This document shows, one piece after another, positions 46,315 to 60,242 of a stretch of DNA of 64,000 nucleotides (the first letter of the stretch is position 1; each line of letters starts with the position of its first letter). The translations under genes and the position numbers were made by a program. Below the pieces are notes generated by a model. That model did not search any database, was not told where the DNA came from, and saw only the letters and a list, made by a program, of their open reading frames with translations. The stretch lies in the NCBI RefSeq assembly GCF_009914755.1, contig NC_060933.1. One strand, written 5' to 3'. This DNA comes from the human T2T-CHM13v2.0 reference genome, Homo sapiens.

Positions 46315-47823
46315 TAACAGATACTTCTTAAAAGAAGTGTATACATGTGGCCAATAATCATGGGGAAAATGCTCAGTATCACTATCGTTAGAAAAATGCA
46401 AATCAAAACCAAAATGAGATACTATCTGAAGCCATTCAGAATGGCTAGTACTAAAAAGTCAAAAAATAACAGATTTTGGTGAGGTTGCAAAGAAAAGGGA
46501 ATGCTTATATACTGCTATAATAAGCATTATTATAATGTAATGGGAATGTAAATTAGCTCACTTCCTGTGGAAAGCAGTCCAGAGATATCTCAAAGAACTT
46601 AGAACTACCATTCAACCCAGCAATCCCATTACTGGGCATACACTCAAAGGAATATTAATTTTTCTACCATAAAGACACATGCACATGAATTTTTATCACA
46701 GCACTTTTTGCAATAGCAGAGACATGGAATCAACCCTGCCCATTAATGGTGAATTGGATAAAGAAAATACGGTATATATACACAATGGAATATTACACAG
46801 CCTTAAGAAAGAATGAAATCGTGTCCTTTGCAGCAATACGGATGCAGCTGGAGGCCATTATTCTAAGCAAATTAACACAGGAACAGAAAACCAAATATCA
46901 ATGTTCTCACTTATAAGTGGATGCTAAACATTGAGTACACATGGACACAAAGGGGAGAACAAGAGACACCAGGACTTACTTGAGGGTGGAGGGTGGGAGG
47001 AGGGTGAAGACTGAAAAACTACCCATTGAGTACTATGCTCACTGCTACCTGGATGATGAAATGATTTGTACACAAAACCACAGGGGCATGCAATTTGCCC
47101 ATGTAACAAACCTGGACATGTACCCCCAAACCTAAAATAAAAGTTAAAAGAGGAAAAAGAAAGTCTAAGGCCAGCTCAATTTTTCCCCTCATAAAAGACT
47201 TGGTCATTTTGCCTGGAGGCCCAGGGTATCCTTTATTTTTCTCTGAAGTTTAGTAACTTTATTAGGATCTTTCTGGGCATTGATGATTGTGGGTCAGTTC
47301 TTCCTGGCATAAGGTGGCTCCTTCAATATCTAGATCAAGTTTAATATTTTTTAAAAATGAAAACATATCTAAATTATATTTTAAATTATGTACTTATATT
47401 TTAAAAATTTGTTTTGATTCATTTTTTCGGTTTCCTTCTTTGGAGACCAGTTATGCTTTTGTTGGATCTCCACTTTCTGTCATATAATTTCTCTTTAATC
47501 CCCATGAACTCTTTATTTCCACTTCATTTCATTTTTGTTCGCATTTCTATCCTCTGTGTCCTGCACTGGGTTTTTCACAATGTATATTTGATCTTGCAAC
47601 ATTTCTCAGTTCATCTGCAATTCTGTGATGATTCCCCCGCTTCATTCTTGAGTGCTATTCATACTTTATCTCCTTTTGCTGCCTCATCTACTCTTACCTG
47701 AATTTTGGCATTTCAGCTTTTAAGTATTTCTTCATAGATGAGTGCTTCAATAAGATTAAAAATTTTTAAATTTTATGTTACCTACTTATTCATAATGTTC
47801 ATCTGTTCCCCAGAAAAATTTTT

Positions 47824-48056
47824 CTCCACTTTTTATCGCAAAGTTTTTATTGAACAATAGTAACACGACAATAAAAATGATACACATATGAAAGTGAATG
47901 AAGATCTGCAGTATAGAAAAGGTGTGTACAAAGAGACCAGCGTTCGGGTTATATAGTTCTGTAAAATTTTAGCCATAGCACTTTAATACTGATCAAGCAG
48001 ACACATAAAAAGGGAAAAAATTTATTTAATGTTTTTGAAACTTAGACTTCTGACTA
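47824..48056 (-). pseudogene. Putative retroposed mRNA 3'-end fragment (processed retrocopy or orphan transduction)
   Basis: 15-bp TSD CCCAGAAA(A/C)ATTTTT; minus-strand AATAAA at 47846-47851 followed by an A-rich remnant; no repeat family recognised in the body. Confidence 0.55.
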
Positions 48057-48669
48057 CCCAGAAACATTTTTATAAAGAGTATTATTCTTCTGTTAATAGA
48101 TTTTGCTCTTTTGTTATTCTTTCTTAGAATATCTCTGTATGCAGTCTATGCTAATCCCTTTTTTATTATTTATCATTTAAAAGGGCCCAGGATAGCATTT
48201 CAGTTTAGTTATTAATTATCACAACTGGAAGTCTTCCTGTAGTCTACTACAATGTCAAACTCCCTCCTGTAAGCATGGCTTATCTGACGTGGCCCACTGC
48301 CTCTATTTCTGTGTAATAAGTCAGGGACAGGAGGGACTACTGCCACCAACCAACTCACTCTTGTTTTTGCACATACTGTTCCAGACAAAGGAGAGAACTT
48401 TGCATCTTGGGGTGTCACTCACATCCAGGAATAATATTTCTGTTGGCGCTTTGTGAGGACTGCCACTGTTAATTTCTATCTCCCCTGCTTTCACCCCTTC
48501 CTCCTTCCTCCTGCATAGCTCCTGCATGTACAAACATTTTGGAATATAGTTCCTAGCTTCACCTAACATGCAGTCTGATTGTTTTTCTTTCTTTCTTTTT
48601 TCTTTACTATTTCTTGAAGCTTTCTAGGAGAAGAAGAGAAGGATGAGTTAGGTAGTCATGTCTACGTTG

Positions 48670-50280
48670 GAAGTCCTGAAGGATTTTGTAGGTAGAAGAG
48701 TGTTCTGATCAAAGCTTTGCATTAGTATTATTAAGTATTCCTCTAACTGAAATATTGGGAATGGATAGGAACGTGCTCAATAGGAAGGAGGAAGACCCTT
48801 CAGAGGCCACTGCAATAAATCAAAGAAAAATCCTGAAGGCCTACTGTTGCTGAGCAAGGAGGAATATGAATAGATCGACATGGGGTTGATATGACAGATA
48901 TTCTGGAGACAAAAAATGCTCGGAATTGGCAAGCATTTTCTTGGACAAAGGGAGGAATGTGGAGGAGGCTTCGAACCTAGATAATTGAAAAGATGGTGGC
49001 TATATGAACAGAAATAGGAAAATCAGGTAGAAATCAGGTTTTGGAGGAAAGATGATTACTTTGTTTATATTATTATTATTATTAATTATTTTTAAGACAG
49101 TTAATTTGATTGAATTTGAAGTGCTAAGTGACACCCGAGGGAGTTGTCCAGTAGGCAATCAGAAAAGGGTGAGCAGGGAGGGAAGCCAGGGTTGGAGGCA
49201 GACCTAGAGTTATTCATGTAGACGTGATATTTGAAACCATGGGACTTTATAAGTTTGGTGGAAGGTGAAGTGAAGAAATAAGGACATCTAATGAGGAAGA
49301 CAAAGGAGTGGTCAGAAAGGCAGAATACTCAGGAACTTTGACACCAAGGAAAGGTAAAAATAAATAGAATTTTCATCATACAGTGACAGCCAATTACATG
49401 CTGGGCATATTACATGTATGATCTCATTTAATGCTCACAAAAAATCTGTACAGTGAGTATCTTTATTCCCACTTTGCTAATTGGAAAATAGGCTCAGAGA
49501 GGCAGAGTAACTCACAGAATCAGGCTTTAAACTGTGGTCTCCCCTCAAAGTAGAAAATAGTTGCCAGAAGAAGTGGATAAGGTCAACACTGTCAAAGTGG
49601 CTGAGAGGTTCAGGAAGATGATTATTGGGGTTAGGAGACAATTTGGAATCTTCAGGAGTGTGGAAAGCTGTGTGAATAAGTTTGGTGAGGTAGAAGCTGG
49701 GATGTAAGAGTCTGCAGAGTGAGTGAGTGAGTCAAGAATTTAGAGTACCTCTCAGAGTTTGCTGGTTAAGAGGAGAAAGGTTAGATGCTACCTTGCAGGG
49801 CTTGGTGGAGAGTAGCCAAGGACGTGTTAGGTCGATGAGGGCCTTGAATGTGCTTACAGCAGAAGGGGGAAAAGCCCTCGGAAAGGGAAACCGTGAAAGT
49901 GTAAAAGGAAAGAACATGTACATGATGGATGAGATCCTAGAGAATGGAGGCCAGGGAGGATTTGGGTTTAGCCAAGAAGAGAGGTCTTTAGAGAGAGGAA
50001 GAAAAGCAAAGAGGGTGAGTGAAGAAACTAATATTCATGAATGGAAAAGAATGATAGGAAGGGAGCTTGGCTGAGGCTGAATGTTATAAGTAGTAACAGG
50101 GGATACCATCTGCTGAAGGTGAGAGGGAATGGAGACATGGAGAGAATAGAGGAATGTGGGCAGTGTATTAGAGGATATGGCTTAAATGATGAGGGAGTTG
50201 CGGACCAGAGTCAGGGCCCACTTGAGGTAAGACATCACAAGCATGTCACGGCCCTAGTGATTACATGTTGCAGGAAATAG
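48670..50280 (-). mobile_element. Ancient L2 LINE fragments (with a MIR near 49370-49540)
   Basis: Purine-rich reverse L2 motifs (GAAGGATTTT..., TTGAATTTGAAGTGC...GTCCAGTAGGCA). Confidence 0.6.
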
Positions 50281-51513
50281 TTGTTTGGGGATATGGTTTT
50301 TTTTTGGTTGTTTCAGTCTTTCTCCCATCAGATTTGACCAACTCCACTTAACTTGGTCAAATCCAAGTGAGAATTCCAAATTATGGGTAACAAAGCCTCT
50401 CTAATTTGGCTAAAATTCCTCACAGCTGCAAAAGAGGAAAACAAAACAATACAAAACAAACCCAAAACACTATGCACTTGGTTTCTGAGTTTGCTTCCTG
50501 TCTCAAAAAAAAAAAAAAAACAAACAAACAAACCAAACAAATGTTCTTTCATTTACTTTTCTTTCACCCTATACCTCTTTCCCCTTCACCATCTGCTTTA
50601 CTAAAAAATCTGGAGAAGGCTTCTAACGACTTGAACTCCTGTAAAGAACTCAGAACAAAGGTGCCACTCACCCCTGTTGGGGTGTTCTGTTTTCTTTGTG
50701 GAGTTTCAAGAGTCATGGGTGGATTCTTCTTAGTTCTAAAGTTCTGTTTTCCTATATTGTATGATTTGACCTCTTTGGCTTTGTGGGTACCAGAGATTAC
50801 CTTGTACTGTGAGGAGATTTGACCTTGGTGTGTGTAATGGCACTGAGAGCTCCAAACTTAGGGGTGGCTAAGCACAGTTTACAGGAGGTGGTCTTGGCTC
50901 TTTTTTTTTTCTTCCTTGGAAGTTGTTGTTTAAGGATCCTAATTATAGTTCAGAGATGTATTCTAAAGCATCTTCTCTATTGCTTTTTCTCCCAAAATTA
51001 ATATCAGTTCAGCTTGTCTGTGTGCATTTGTGTGAGGAACTGAACTGTTGTTTTTATAGGTAAATGAGGGACTGAGTTTTCTCAGCCTTGAAGAGAAAGG
51101 GCATTTGCTCCTCCCAGCCAAAAGGTGCCCCTGGGTGACTGGGGGCCTTGTGGAAGTGTCTGGTGCGTTGACCTCCCATAATGTGCAGTGGCCCTTATAG
51201 GGAAATCCCCAACAAAAAGTTATTTAAAAAAAGGCTTGTCCAGGAAATGCATACAAGGGCTGATCACTTGGTGTTTTGAGCCCTCTCAGAGGTCATGGAC
51301 CTCTGGAGGGAGAAACTGAGACATATAAGAGGGTGGAAATGATCCAGTGGTGACACACTGTGGAGTCCTGCTCATGAGCAGCACACATCGATCCACCACA
51401 CAAAACCCCTAGGCCACAGCTCAATTCCTCCTTTTAAGAAAAACAGTGGGAAACAAATAATCTAAGAATGAGGAGTAAACAAGGAGAATGACCCCTTTTT
51501 AAGCACTCTGTAG

Positions 51514-51794
51514 TTTTTTTTTTTTTTTTGAGGTGGAGTCTCGCTCTGTCACCCAGGCTGGAGTGCAGTGGCGCGATCTTGGCTCACTGCAAGCTCCGCT
51601 TCCTGGGTTCACGCCATTCTCCTGCCTCAGCCTCCTGAGTAGCTGGAACTATAGGCACCTGCACCACGCCTGGCTAATTTTTTTTGTATTTTTAGTAGAG
51701 ATGGGGTTTCACTGTGTTACCCAGGATGGTCTCGATCTCCTGACCTTGTGATCTGCCCACCTTGGCCTCCCAAAGTGCTGGGATTACAGGCGTG
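51514..51794 (-). mobile_element. AluY, TSD AAGCACTCTGTAG
   Basis: Y-diagnostic GCAAGCTCCGC..GGGTTCACGCCATTC and GGATGGTCTCGATCTC; perfect 13-bp TSD at 51501 and 51795. Confidence 0.92.
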
Positions 51795-51855
51795 AAGCAC
51801 TCTGTAGGTTTTACGGCACTTCTACCTGCCAGAGTTTATGTAAAATGGAAGTGAT

Positions 51856-52133
51856 GGCCAGTGTGGTGGCTCATGCTTGTAATCCCAGCACTTTGGGAGC
51901 CCAGGTTGGGCAGATCACAAGGTCAGGAGTTCGAGACCAGCCTGACCAACATGGTGAAACCCCGTCTCTGCTAAAAATACAAAAATTAGCCAGGTGTGGT
52001 GGCTCGTGCCTGTAATCCCTGGTACTCAGGAGGCTGGGGCAGGAGAATCACTTGAACCCGGGAGGCAGAGGTTGCAGTGAGCTGAGATCATGCCCCTAAA
52101 CTCCAGCCTGGGCGAAAGAGTGAGACTCCGTCT

Positions 52134-52165
<32 letters not shown>
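51856..52165 (+). mobile_element. Alu (AluSg-like) with long A tail
   Basis: GATCACAAGGTCAGGAGTTCGAG; ~30-nt poly-A. Confidence 0.92.
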
Positions 52166-52166
<1 letters not shown>

Positions 52167-55100
52167 AAAAGAAAATGAAAATAATATGGTCTTTGTGCAT
52201 ATTCACATTAAGGAAAAAGAGCCCTAAGGTTGACCTGCAAACTATGGAGTTCCTAAGTTCTCTTTTTTCTCTATTTTCTTTTCAGCCTGCTTTAAATCTG
52301 CTATTATTTTTCTATTAAGGTAAAAACCACTGTTTGGCTCCAACAGGTTTTTTGTTTGCAAGCCAGTGAATTTGTATTTATCTCATGGCTAAGTTCTAAA
52401 GTAAAAGCTATAGGATCTTTGTGTGCGTGATTATATGTGTGTGTGTATATATTTAAAAGGCCTTTATGGTTTCTACAATTTTATGTTTAATTGGCAATTA
52501 AATCTGTTTTAATTTCCTTCTAGCACACCAGACTTTTTCTCTTTGTACCTTATGACGTAAATTTTGCTATTTGATTTTCACCTGAGTTGTTTCCTTCAGT
52601 ATGCAAATTTAAAGCTATGTAGCTGATAACTGCTTAGGTTACTGAAAGAGTTATAATAATTTAAAAGGTTATCAAGAATTTGAAAGTCTAAGGTAGGAAA
52701 AAAAGCTCTTTTTGAATCTATAAGATATATTTCTATTGGCATGCCTAATACCTCTATGTATTTATATGTTGCGTACACAATGTTTCACTACTGAAAACAT
52801 ATAAAAGAGCTCTAATTAATTGGCTTAAGAAAATAAAAGTGCTTGAATCAAATACCTTATCAGAAAAAGTAAAGTCTAGTTAAATGCTTTGTCAAGTTTA
52901 CGTAACTTAAGCAAACTGTTTAATAAATAACCTAGCTTTAAAATTATTGGTAAGGTAATATTAGAAATGTCTTAAGAATTGACAGCATACATTTTTGTTT
53001 GCATTTATTAATCAAGCAATTTTATACTAATTCCTGCCAAGTACTATAAAGTGTCAACATTTGGCATAGGGGTTAAAAAACTATAAAACCAGCCCAAGAC
53101 AGAATGATCTTTGTTTATGTAATGTTTAATAAATAAGATACTCATATTGGTTTAATGGAAACAACTACATCTTGAATTTAGTAAGATTACCATAACTTCT
53201 AATCTTGTGGCTTTAGGCGGTCTAGTCCACAGGCAGTAAGATTTGTTTTGGGAAAAGACTGTTACCATCTTTGTTTCAAAGCTAAACTATAACTTCCTTC
53301 CAAAGTTGTTAATAGTTTGGCCTATGCCCAGGAATGAATGAGAACAGCTTGGAGGTTAGAAGCCAGATGGAGTCAGTTAGATCAGATCTTTTTCACTGTC
53401 TCAGTTATAATTTTGCAGTGGCAGTCCATAACTGTAAATGATGACTATTGAAATTTTCATAAATAATCTAGGTAAACAAAATAAAATAATTAGGCAAATG
53501 TAATGGGATAAGCACTTGTAGACAAACTCATTGTAATTTAGAATCTAAAGTTGTATTAAATTAAATAATAGATATTTCATTATTTGGGTATTTTCCAATG
53601 AAAATAAATTGTAGGAAAACATTCTTTCTAAAAAAATGTGTGTCCTTTCTAAAAAGGTGAACAATTTTTGTATCATTCAAAGCTTATTTAAAGGTTATGT
53701 ATAAAACAAGGTAAAATGAACCAGGAAATAAGAGAGATGTAAAGAAAGTTATAAAAAAAAGTGTTTTTGTTTTTGGTAAGAAATCTTAAAAAGAAATATT
53801 TTATGTAAGAAAGAATCTTACATGGTAAATGTAGTCCTAGAATAAAATGACTGGTTGTTTAAGAAAGAGGGACGTTCAGGACAAACCAGGAAGTCCAAGA
53901 ATATCATGAACAATCTGTATAAGTCACAATAAGAGGATTTATATACATAAAAAACCCAAAAAACTTTTATATGATTAAGTAGTTTGTAATTAAAGGGAAA
54001 TTATAATGGTCTTTCTACACATTGGGCTTGAGGTAAAAAAAAAAAAAAAAAAGCTTGTACACCACTAAATAATTGGTTAGAACAATGAAATTTTCTTAAG
54101 GAATGTATTTACTCTTAAATTGTAAGTTTTTTTTTTTTAACCAAAGTTCAACTTTTATTGCATCTCACTATTTTTGCTTTTTTCTCCCCTTTTAAAGGCC
54201 ACGAAATACTAACAACTCATTTTCAGCTCATATAAGTTGTTTTTCCTTGGGTTCTGTTTGTTGTGGCCTGATGCTAACAATGTTTTCTTAAAGGTCTAAA
54301 GGAAATGTTTTCTTCCAATATAATATTTGGTACACTGTAGAAGGTCTTTTCTTTTGCCTTTTGGTAACTGGCCTAACTGGCCTAACAGATTTTATGGTTT
54401 ATTGAAACAATTCCTATGCCATTATTATTAAGTTTAGTTTGCACAGGAAAAAATCTGAGATTAAAAAATTTTTTTTAAATTAAGATTATTACACCTGTGT
54501 ATCTTTCTGTATGTGCTTTTAAAGTGCTTTGACATTGAGTTACAGGGCTTTTACTCCTGAGTCTAAAAAGGACAGCAATTCCTGCTAAATCTTAAACACT
54601 GACAGCAATTAATCTCACATCTTCGGGTCTGGTAGAAGACGCCGATCAAAGTAAACTGCATTCTGGAGACACAGGGCCAGAAATTAAAGCTATTCAATCC
54701 TCAAGGCCCAGGGACTATTGCAGAAGAGGTGAGTGTGTGATTGTAAGGGCCAATTTTGAGAGAGAAAATAAATTCAGTTTCTATAAATTAATCATCAATG
54801 TCAAAGGCACACTGATGCAAGACCAGCCTATGGGCCCCTATATCAGATTAACAAGGTTTTCTTGAAGCATTAACTGACTCCCTAATAAAGGTTATAAAAG
54901 GCTTATGGAAGTTATATCTTATGGTTAAGATTGCAATTTTATAGATTGTTTATAAAATTTTGAAAAACAAATTTAATTAGCTTCATGCTGTTTTATTAGG
55001 GCTTATTGTTTGGAAAATTAAGTCTCCTGTCCCAAAGAATGAAGGTTATAACCTGTTCTTTTTTGAAATCCTTGAGTTATCACTTTGGTCAAATGAGTGA

Positions 55101-57015
55101 CTTATTTTACAATGACCTGTGATATCAAGTGTTTTAAACCTTTGATATTTGACAAACTTTCCAAAATCAAATTACAAATTATGTATTTTTCTGACCTAAT
55201 TAATCCTCTAAGATATTAGGTTCCCTAAAGTCCAAAAATGACATAATTTGGCTTATTTGGTATAAAAATTATACAGGAAGCATTGTCAAATATGAAATGG
55301 TGTTTGGTTTTCTTTGGGCTGTAATTGTATAAATATGTTATTGGTATGTGTTTCAAAATTATGAGAAACTTCTATAATTATGATATGACTTAGTGTATGT
55401 TATTAGTAATAATTATAATCGTTATGTTAAATTTTTGTATACTACAGAGGTAACAAATTTCCTTGTCAATTGTGTCTTTGACTATGGCTGCCCTAAAACT
55501 TTTTGTCATCCATGGACAATTGTTGTCTTGTTTTTGTCCTCTTTAGAAAGTGGTTTTATAATCAGCTATAAAACTCTAACAGGTGCTTCTGAACACAGGT
55601 TTCTGATAACTTTGGAGATTGTGACATCAGAATAGGGAAAAAACTTTCAGGACTCATGGAGAGCTGAAATGTTCATGAATATCAAGCAGAACAGGAATTA
55701 ACAGCATGGACTGAACTAACAGAAGATTGAAGTAATCTTTTTGACTTTCGGTTTAAAATGTTGCTGATCATTTGTTTTTTTGTCAGAGTCAAGAAAACTT
55801 TTCTTTTGAGTTATTGACAGCTTTTAAGAAGTTAGTATACTCCTATGAACAAAATTTGGAGCATATTTTTTTCTCTCTACCTGATTTCTCCAGAATTTGG
55901 AAACTATTTGTGAGTATTCTTAACTTATGGCAATACAGGTATTTGAATAAGTCTAATAAGAAGCTGTTTTCCTTTGTAATAGGACACAACTGGAGAACCT
56001 GGTTATTTTACCAAGACTTTGACTGGAATGGTGTGCTTTCCTTTAAGGAACTGAACTTGACTTATGGAGCCAATAAAAGCCCCTTGGGAAAACTGGCCTC
56101 ATACCTTGTTTACACAGTCCTTGTACAGGGTTCCTGACCGGTGGTAAGTAAAGAATCTCACTTTCTGACAGGCCCAGGAGCCCCAAGTTTTATGTTGGGA
56201 CCTCAAGAGGAGAGGAATTGACCCAACTCATAGGTATTTGATGGTACAAATCCATGGCTGGGTTGGGTTTTTACAAAGTCTTATCTGAGATTCCTTCTAT
56301 GGAACAAAGTTCCATTAAAGCCAATATAAAAGCCTATGTAAAAAATAATTATTCTTGCAGCACTGTATACAAATAACTGGGCCAAGTATAATAAAGCAAA
56401 TCTGTCCTACCATGATGTGTCTTTAGTAAAAATAGGAAACTGGAGAAAAATTATGTTTCAAAAACTATAGTATACCTGTTGTTAGATTCTAGTCTTGTCT
56501 AATGTTTTTCAATTTTTATTATTTTCCACAATTTGGACTGAATTCTAATTTTTCTTGGCTACAAGTCTTCAAAATAATGTTAATATTTTTTCCTTTTTTT
56601 CCTCACTTTTCTTAATTTGGAGTCACAAAAACTAAGCTGTGCTTTCATAAAGCCCTGTGAACTGAAGCTAGACAACTTAAACTTCAGAAGAAAATAATGG
56701 TAACCTATTTACATACATAAGCCACTTTCATACCTGCCTACTGATGGATCGACTTCACAGTAATGTGGCCTATATTGATTTTCCAAGATTGTTCTTTTGT
56801 CTGTTGTTGTTTTTCTCCCTTCTCCCCCTATTTTCTCTTCATAGGACATGAGACTTAACAACCTGCTAAAAATGAGCTTTCCTAACAACTTGGGACCTAC
56901 CTGTCTAGGAATAAACCATTATAGCCATGACAGATCAGATGAAACCTGAGATCAGAGACTCATTTTCTTCTAAAATGCTTTCTCCAAAAGATTTTAAAAA
57001 AGAAAAGGGGGAGTA

Positions 57016-57478
57016 TGTCAAAGGAAAATCAATCTTGGGGCCTCCAAATCACTGAGCTAAAGGGAAAAGTGAAACTGGGAACTGTTTAGGACCAACTTGC
57101 CTCCCATTCTATTCAAAGACACCCCTCTGCTTACTGAGATAAATGCATATCTGATTACCTCCTTTGGAGAGGCTAATCAGAAACTCAAAAGAATGCAACC
57201 ATTTGTCTCTTATCTACCTATGACCTAGAAGCCCCCTCTCTGCTTCGAGTTGTCCTGCCTCTGCTTCAAGTTGTCCTGACTTCCTGGACCAAACCAATTT
57301 TCATCCTACATATGTTGACTGATGTTTCATGTCTCCCTAAAATGTATAAAACCAAACTGTGCTCTGACCATAACTCCTCAGAACTTGCTAAGACTGTGTC
57401 ATGGGCACACAACCTCAACTTTGGCAAGATAAACTTTCTAAATTAGCTGAGACCTGTCTCAGATATTTGGGGTTCATG
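57016..57478 (+). mobile_element. MER4A-like 3' LTR
   Basis: TG start after the PPT; GAGGCTAATCAGAAACTCAAAAGAATGCAACC, CCCTAAAATGTATAAAACC; ends GGGGTTCA. Confidence 0.82.
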
Positions 57479-60242
57479 AAGGCTACTATGAACATCTTTA
57501 CACACACAAACTAGAAAATCTATAAGAAGTGAATACATTCCTGAAAATATACAACCCTCCTAGATTAATTCAGGAAGAAATAGAAACCCTGAAAAGACAA
57601 ATAACAAGCAGCAAGATTGAATAAGTATTAAAAAATGCCAACAAAAATGTCCAGGACTAGATGGATTTACAGCTGAATTCCACCAGACATTCAAAGAAGA
57701 ATTGGTACCAATCCTACTGAAACTATTCCAAATGATAGAGAAAGAGGGAATCTTCCCTACATCATTCGATGAGGCCAGCATCACCCTAATACCAAGACCA
57801 GCAAAGGACATGTCAAAAAAAGAAAACTACAGACCGATATTCCTGATGAACACAGATGCAAAAATCCTCAACAAAATACTAGTGAACTAAATCCAACAGC
57901 ATATCACAAAGATAATGCATCATGATCAAGTGGTTTCATACCAGGAATGCAGGAATGGTTTAACATATGCAAGTCAATAAGTGTGATACATTACATAAAC
58001 AGAATTAAAAACAAAAACCATATGATCATCTCAATAGATGCAGAAAAATAATTTGATAAAATCTAGCATGACTTTTTGAAAAAAACCCTCAACAAAACAG
58101 GCATAGAAGGGACTTACTTTAAAGTAATAAAAGCCATATCTGACAAACCCACAGCCAGTGTCACACTAAACTGGGAAAAGTTGAAAGCATTCTCCCTGAG
58201 AACAGGAACAAGACAAGGATGCTGACTTTCACCACTTCTATTCAACTTAGTACTGGAAGTCCTAACCAGAGCAATCAGACAAGAGAAAGAAATGAAAGGA
58301 ATCCAAATCAGAAAAAAGGATGTCAAACCATCGCTGTTCACAGATTATATGATTGTATAGCTAGAAAACCCTAAAGACTCATCCAAAAAGCTCCTAGATC
58401 CGATAAACAAATTCAGTAAAGTCTCAGGATACAAAATCAATGTACAAAAATCAGTAACACTGGAATACACCAAAAACGACCAAGCTGAGAATCAAATCAA
58501 GAACAACAGCTGCAATAAAAAGAAAACCTTAGGAATACACTTAACTAAGGAGGTGAAAGATCTCTACCAAAAAAACCCTACAAAACACTGCTGAAAGAAA
58601 GATAAGTGAAATAAACAAATGGAAATAAGTTCCATGGCCATAGATGGGAAGAATCAACATTGTGAAAATGACTGTACTGCTCAAAGCAATCTACAGATTC
58701 AATGCAATTCCCATCAAAATACCATAATTCTTCACAGAACTAGAAAAAACAATCCTAAATTCATATGGAAGCAAAAAAGATCCCACAGAGCCAAAGAAAT
58801 ACTAAGCTGAAAGTACAAATATAAAGGCTTCACATTACCCAACTTCAAGTTATACTACAAGGTTACAGTTATCAAAACCGCGGGGTACTGGTATAAAAAT
58901 AGGCACATAGACCAATGGAACAGAAATAGAGAACCTAGAAATAAAGCCAAATACTTGGAGCCAACTGATCTTTGACAAGGCATACAAAAACATACATTGG
59001 GAAAAGGACACCCTATTCAATAAATGGTGCTGGGAAAACTGGCAAGCCACATGTAGAGGAATAAAACTGGATCTCCATCTGTCACCTTATACAAAAATCA
59101 ACTCAAGATGAATCAAAGAGTTAAATCTAAGATCTGAAATCATAAAAATTCTAGAAGATAACATCAAAAATACTCTTCTGGACATTGGCTTAGGCAAAGA
59201 ATTCATAATTAAGTACCCAAAAGCAAATGCAACAAAACAAAAATAAATTGCTTCTTCATAGCAAAAGAAATTACAGAGTAAACAGACAACCCACAGAGCG
59301 GGAGAAAATATTCACAAACTATGCATCCAACAAAGGTCTAGAATCCAGAACCTACAAGGAACTCAAATCAGCAAGAAAAAAACAAATAATCCCATGAAAA
59401 AGTGGGCAAAGGTCATGAACAGACACTTCTCAAAAGAAGATATACAAATGGCCAACAAACACATGAAAAACTGTTCAACATCACTAATTCTCATGGAAAT
59501 GCAAATCAAAACCACAGTGAGACACCAGCTTACTCCTGCAAGAATGGCCATAATTAAAATGTCAAAGAACAATAGATGTTGGTGTGGATGTGGTGAAAAG
59601 GAAACACTTTTACACTGCTGATGGGAATATAAATTAGTACAACCACTACAGAAAACAGTATGTGGATTCCTTAAAGAAGTAAAAGTAGATCTACCATTTA
59701 GTCCAGCAATCCTGCTACTGGGTATCTAGGAAAGGAAAATAAGTCATTACATAAAAAAGACAGCTACATGCATATATTTATTACAGCACAATTCGCAATG
59801 GCAAAGATATGGAAGCAACATAAGCGCCCATCAATTAATCAGTGAGTAAAGAAAATGCAGTATATACACACCACGGAATATTACTCAGCCATAAAAAGGA
59901 ATGAAATATTGTCTTTTGCAGCAGCTTGGGTGGAGCTGGAGGCTATTATTCTAAGTGAAGTAACTCAGGAATGGAAAACCGAATATTGTATGTTCTCACT
60001 CATAAGGGGAACTAAACTATGAGGATGTGAAGGCATACGAATGATATAATGTATGTTGGGGATTCAGAGAGGAAGGTTGGGAGTGGGGTGAGGGATAAAA
60101 GACTACATATTGGATACAGTGTATACTGCTCAGGTGACGGGTGCATTAAAATCTCAGAAATCAACACTAAAGAACTTATCCATGTTCAACCCAAACCACC
60201 CATACTCCAAAAACTATTGAAATAAAATTAATTAAAAAATAA
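57479..60242 (+). mobile_element. 5'-truncated L1PB-like LINE
   Basis: Decayed ORF2 and 3' UTR GGGATAAAAGACTACATATTGG...CTAAAGAACTTATCCATG. Confidence 0.9.

Larger units (their letters stand above)
50295..57015 (+). mobile_element. MER4-group ERV1 internal region (non-coding, 5' end missing)
   Basis: AT-rich MER4-int-like sequence with no gag/pol ORF, ending in the polypurine tract AAAAGAAAAGGGGGAG directly before the LTR. Confidence 0.75.

Noticed and set aside
50406-56137. ORFs inside the ERV internal region as gag/pol/env
   Set aside because: No retroviral protein motifs; MER4-type internals are non-coding.
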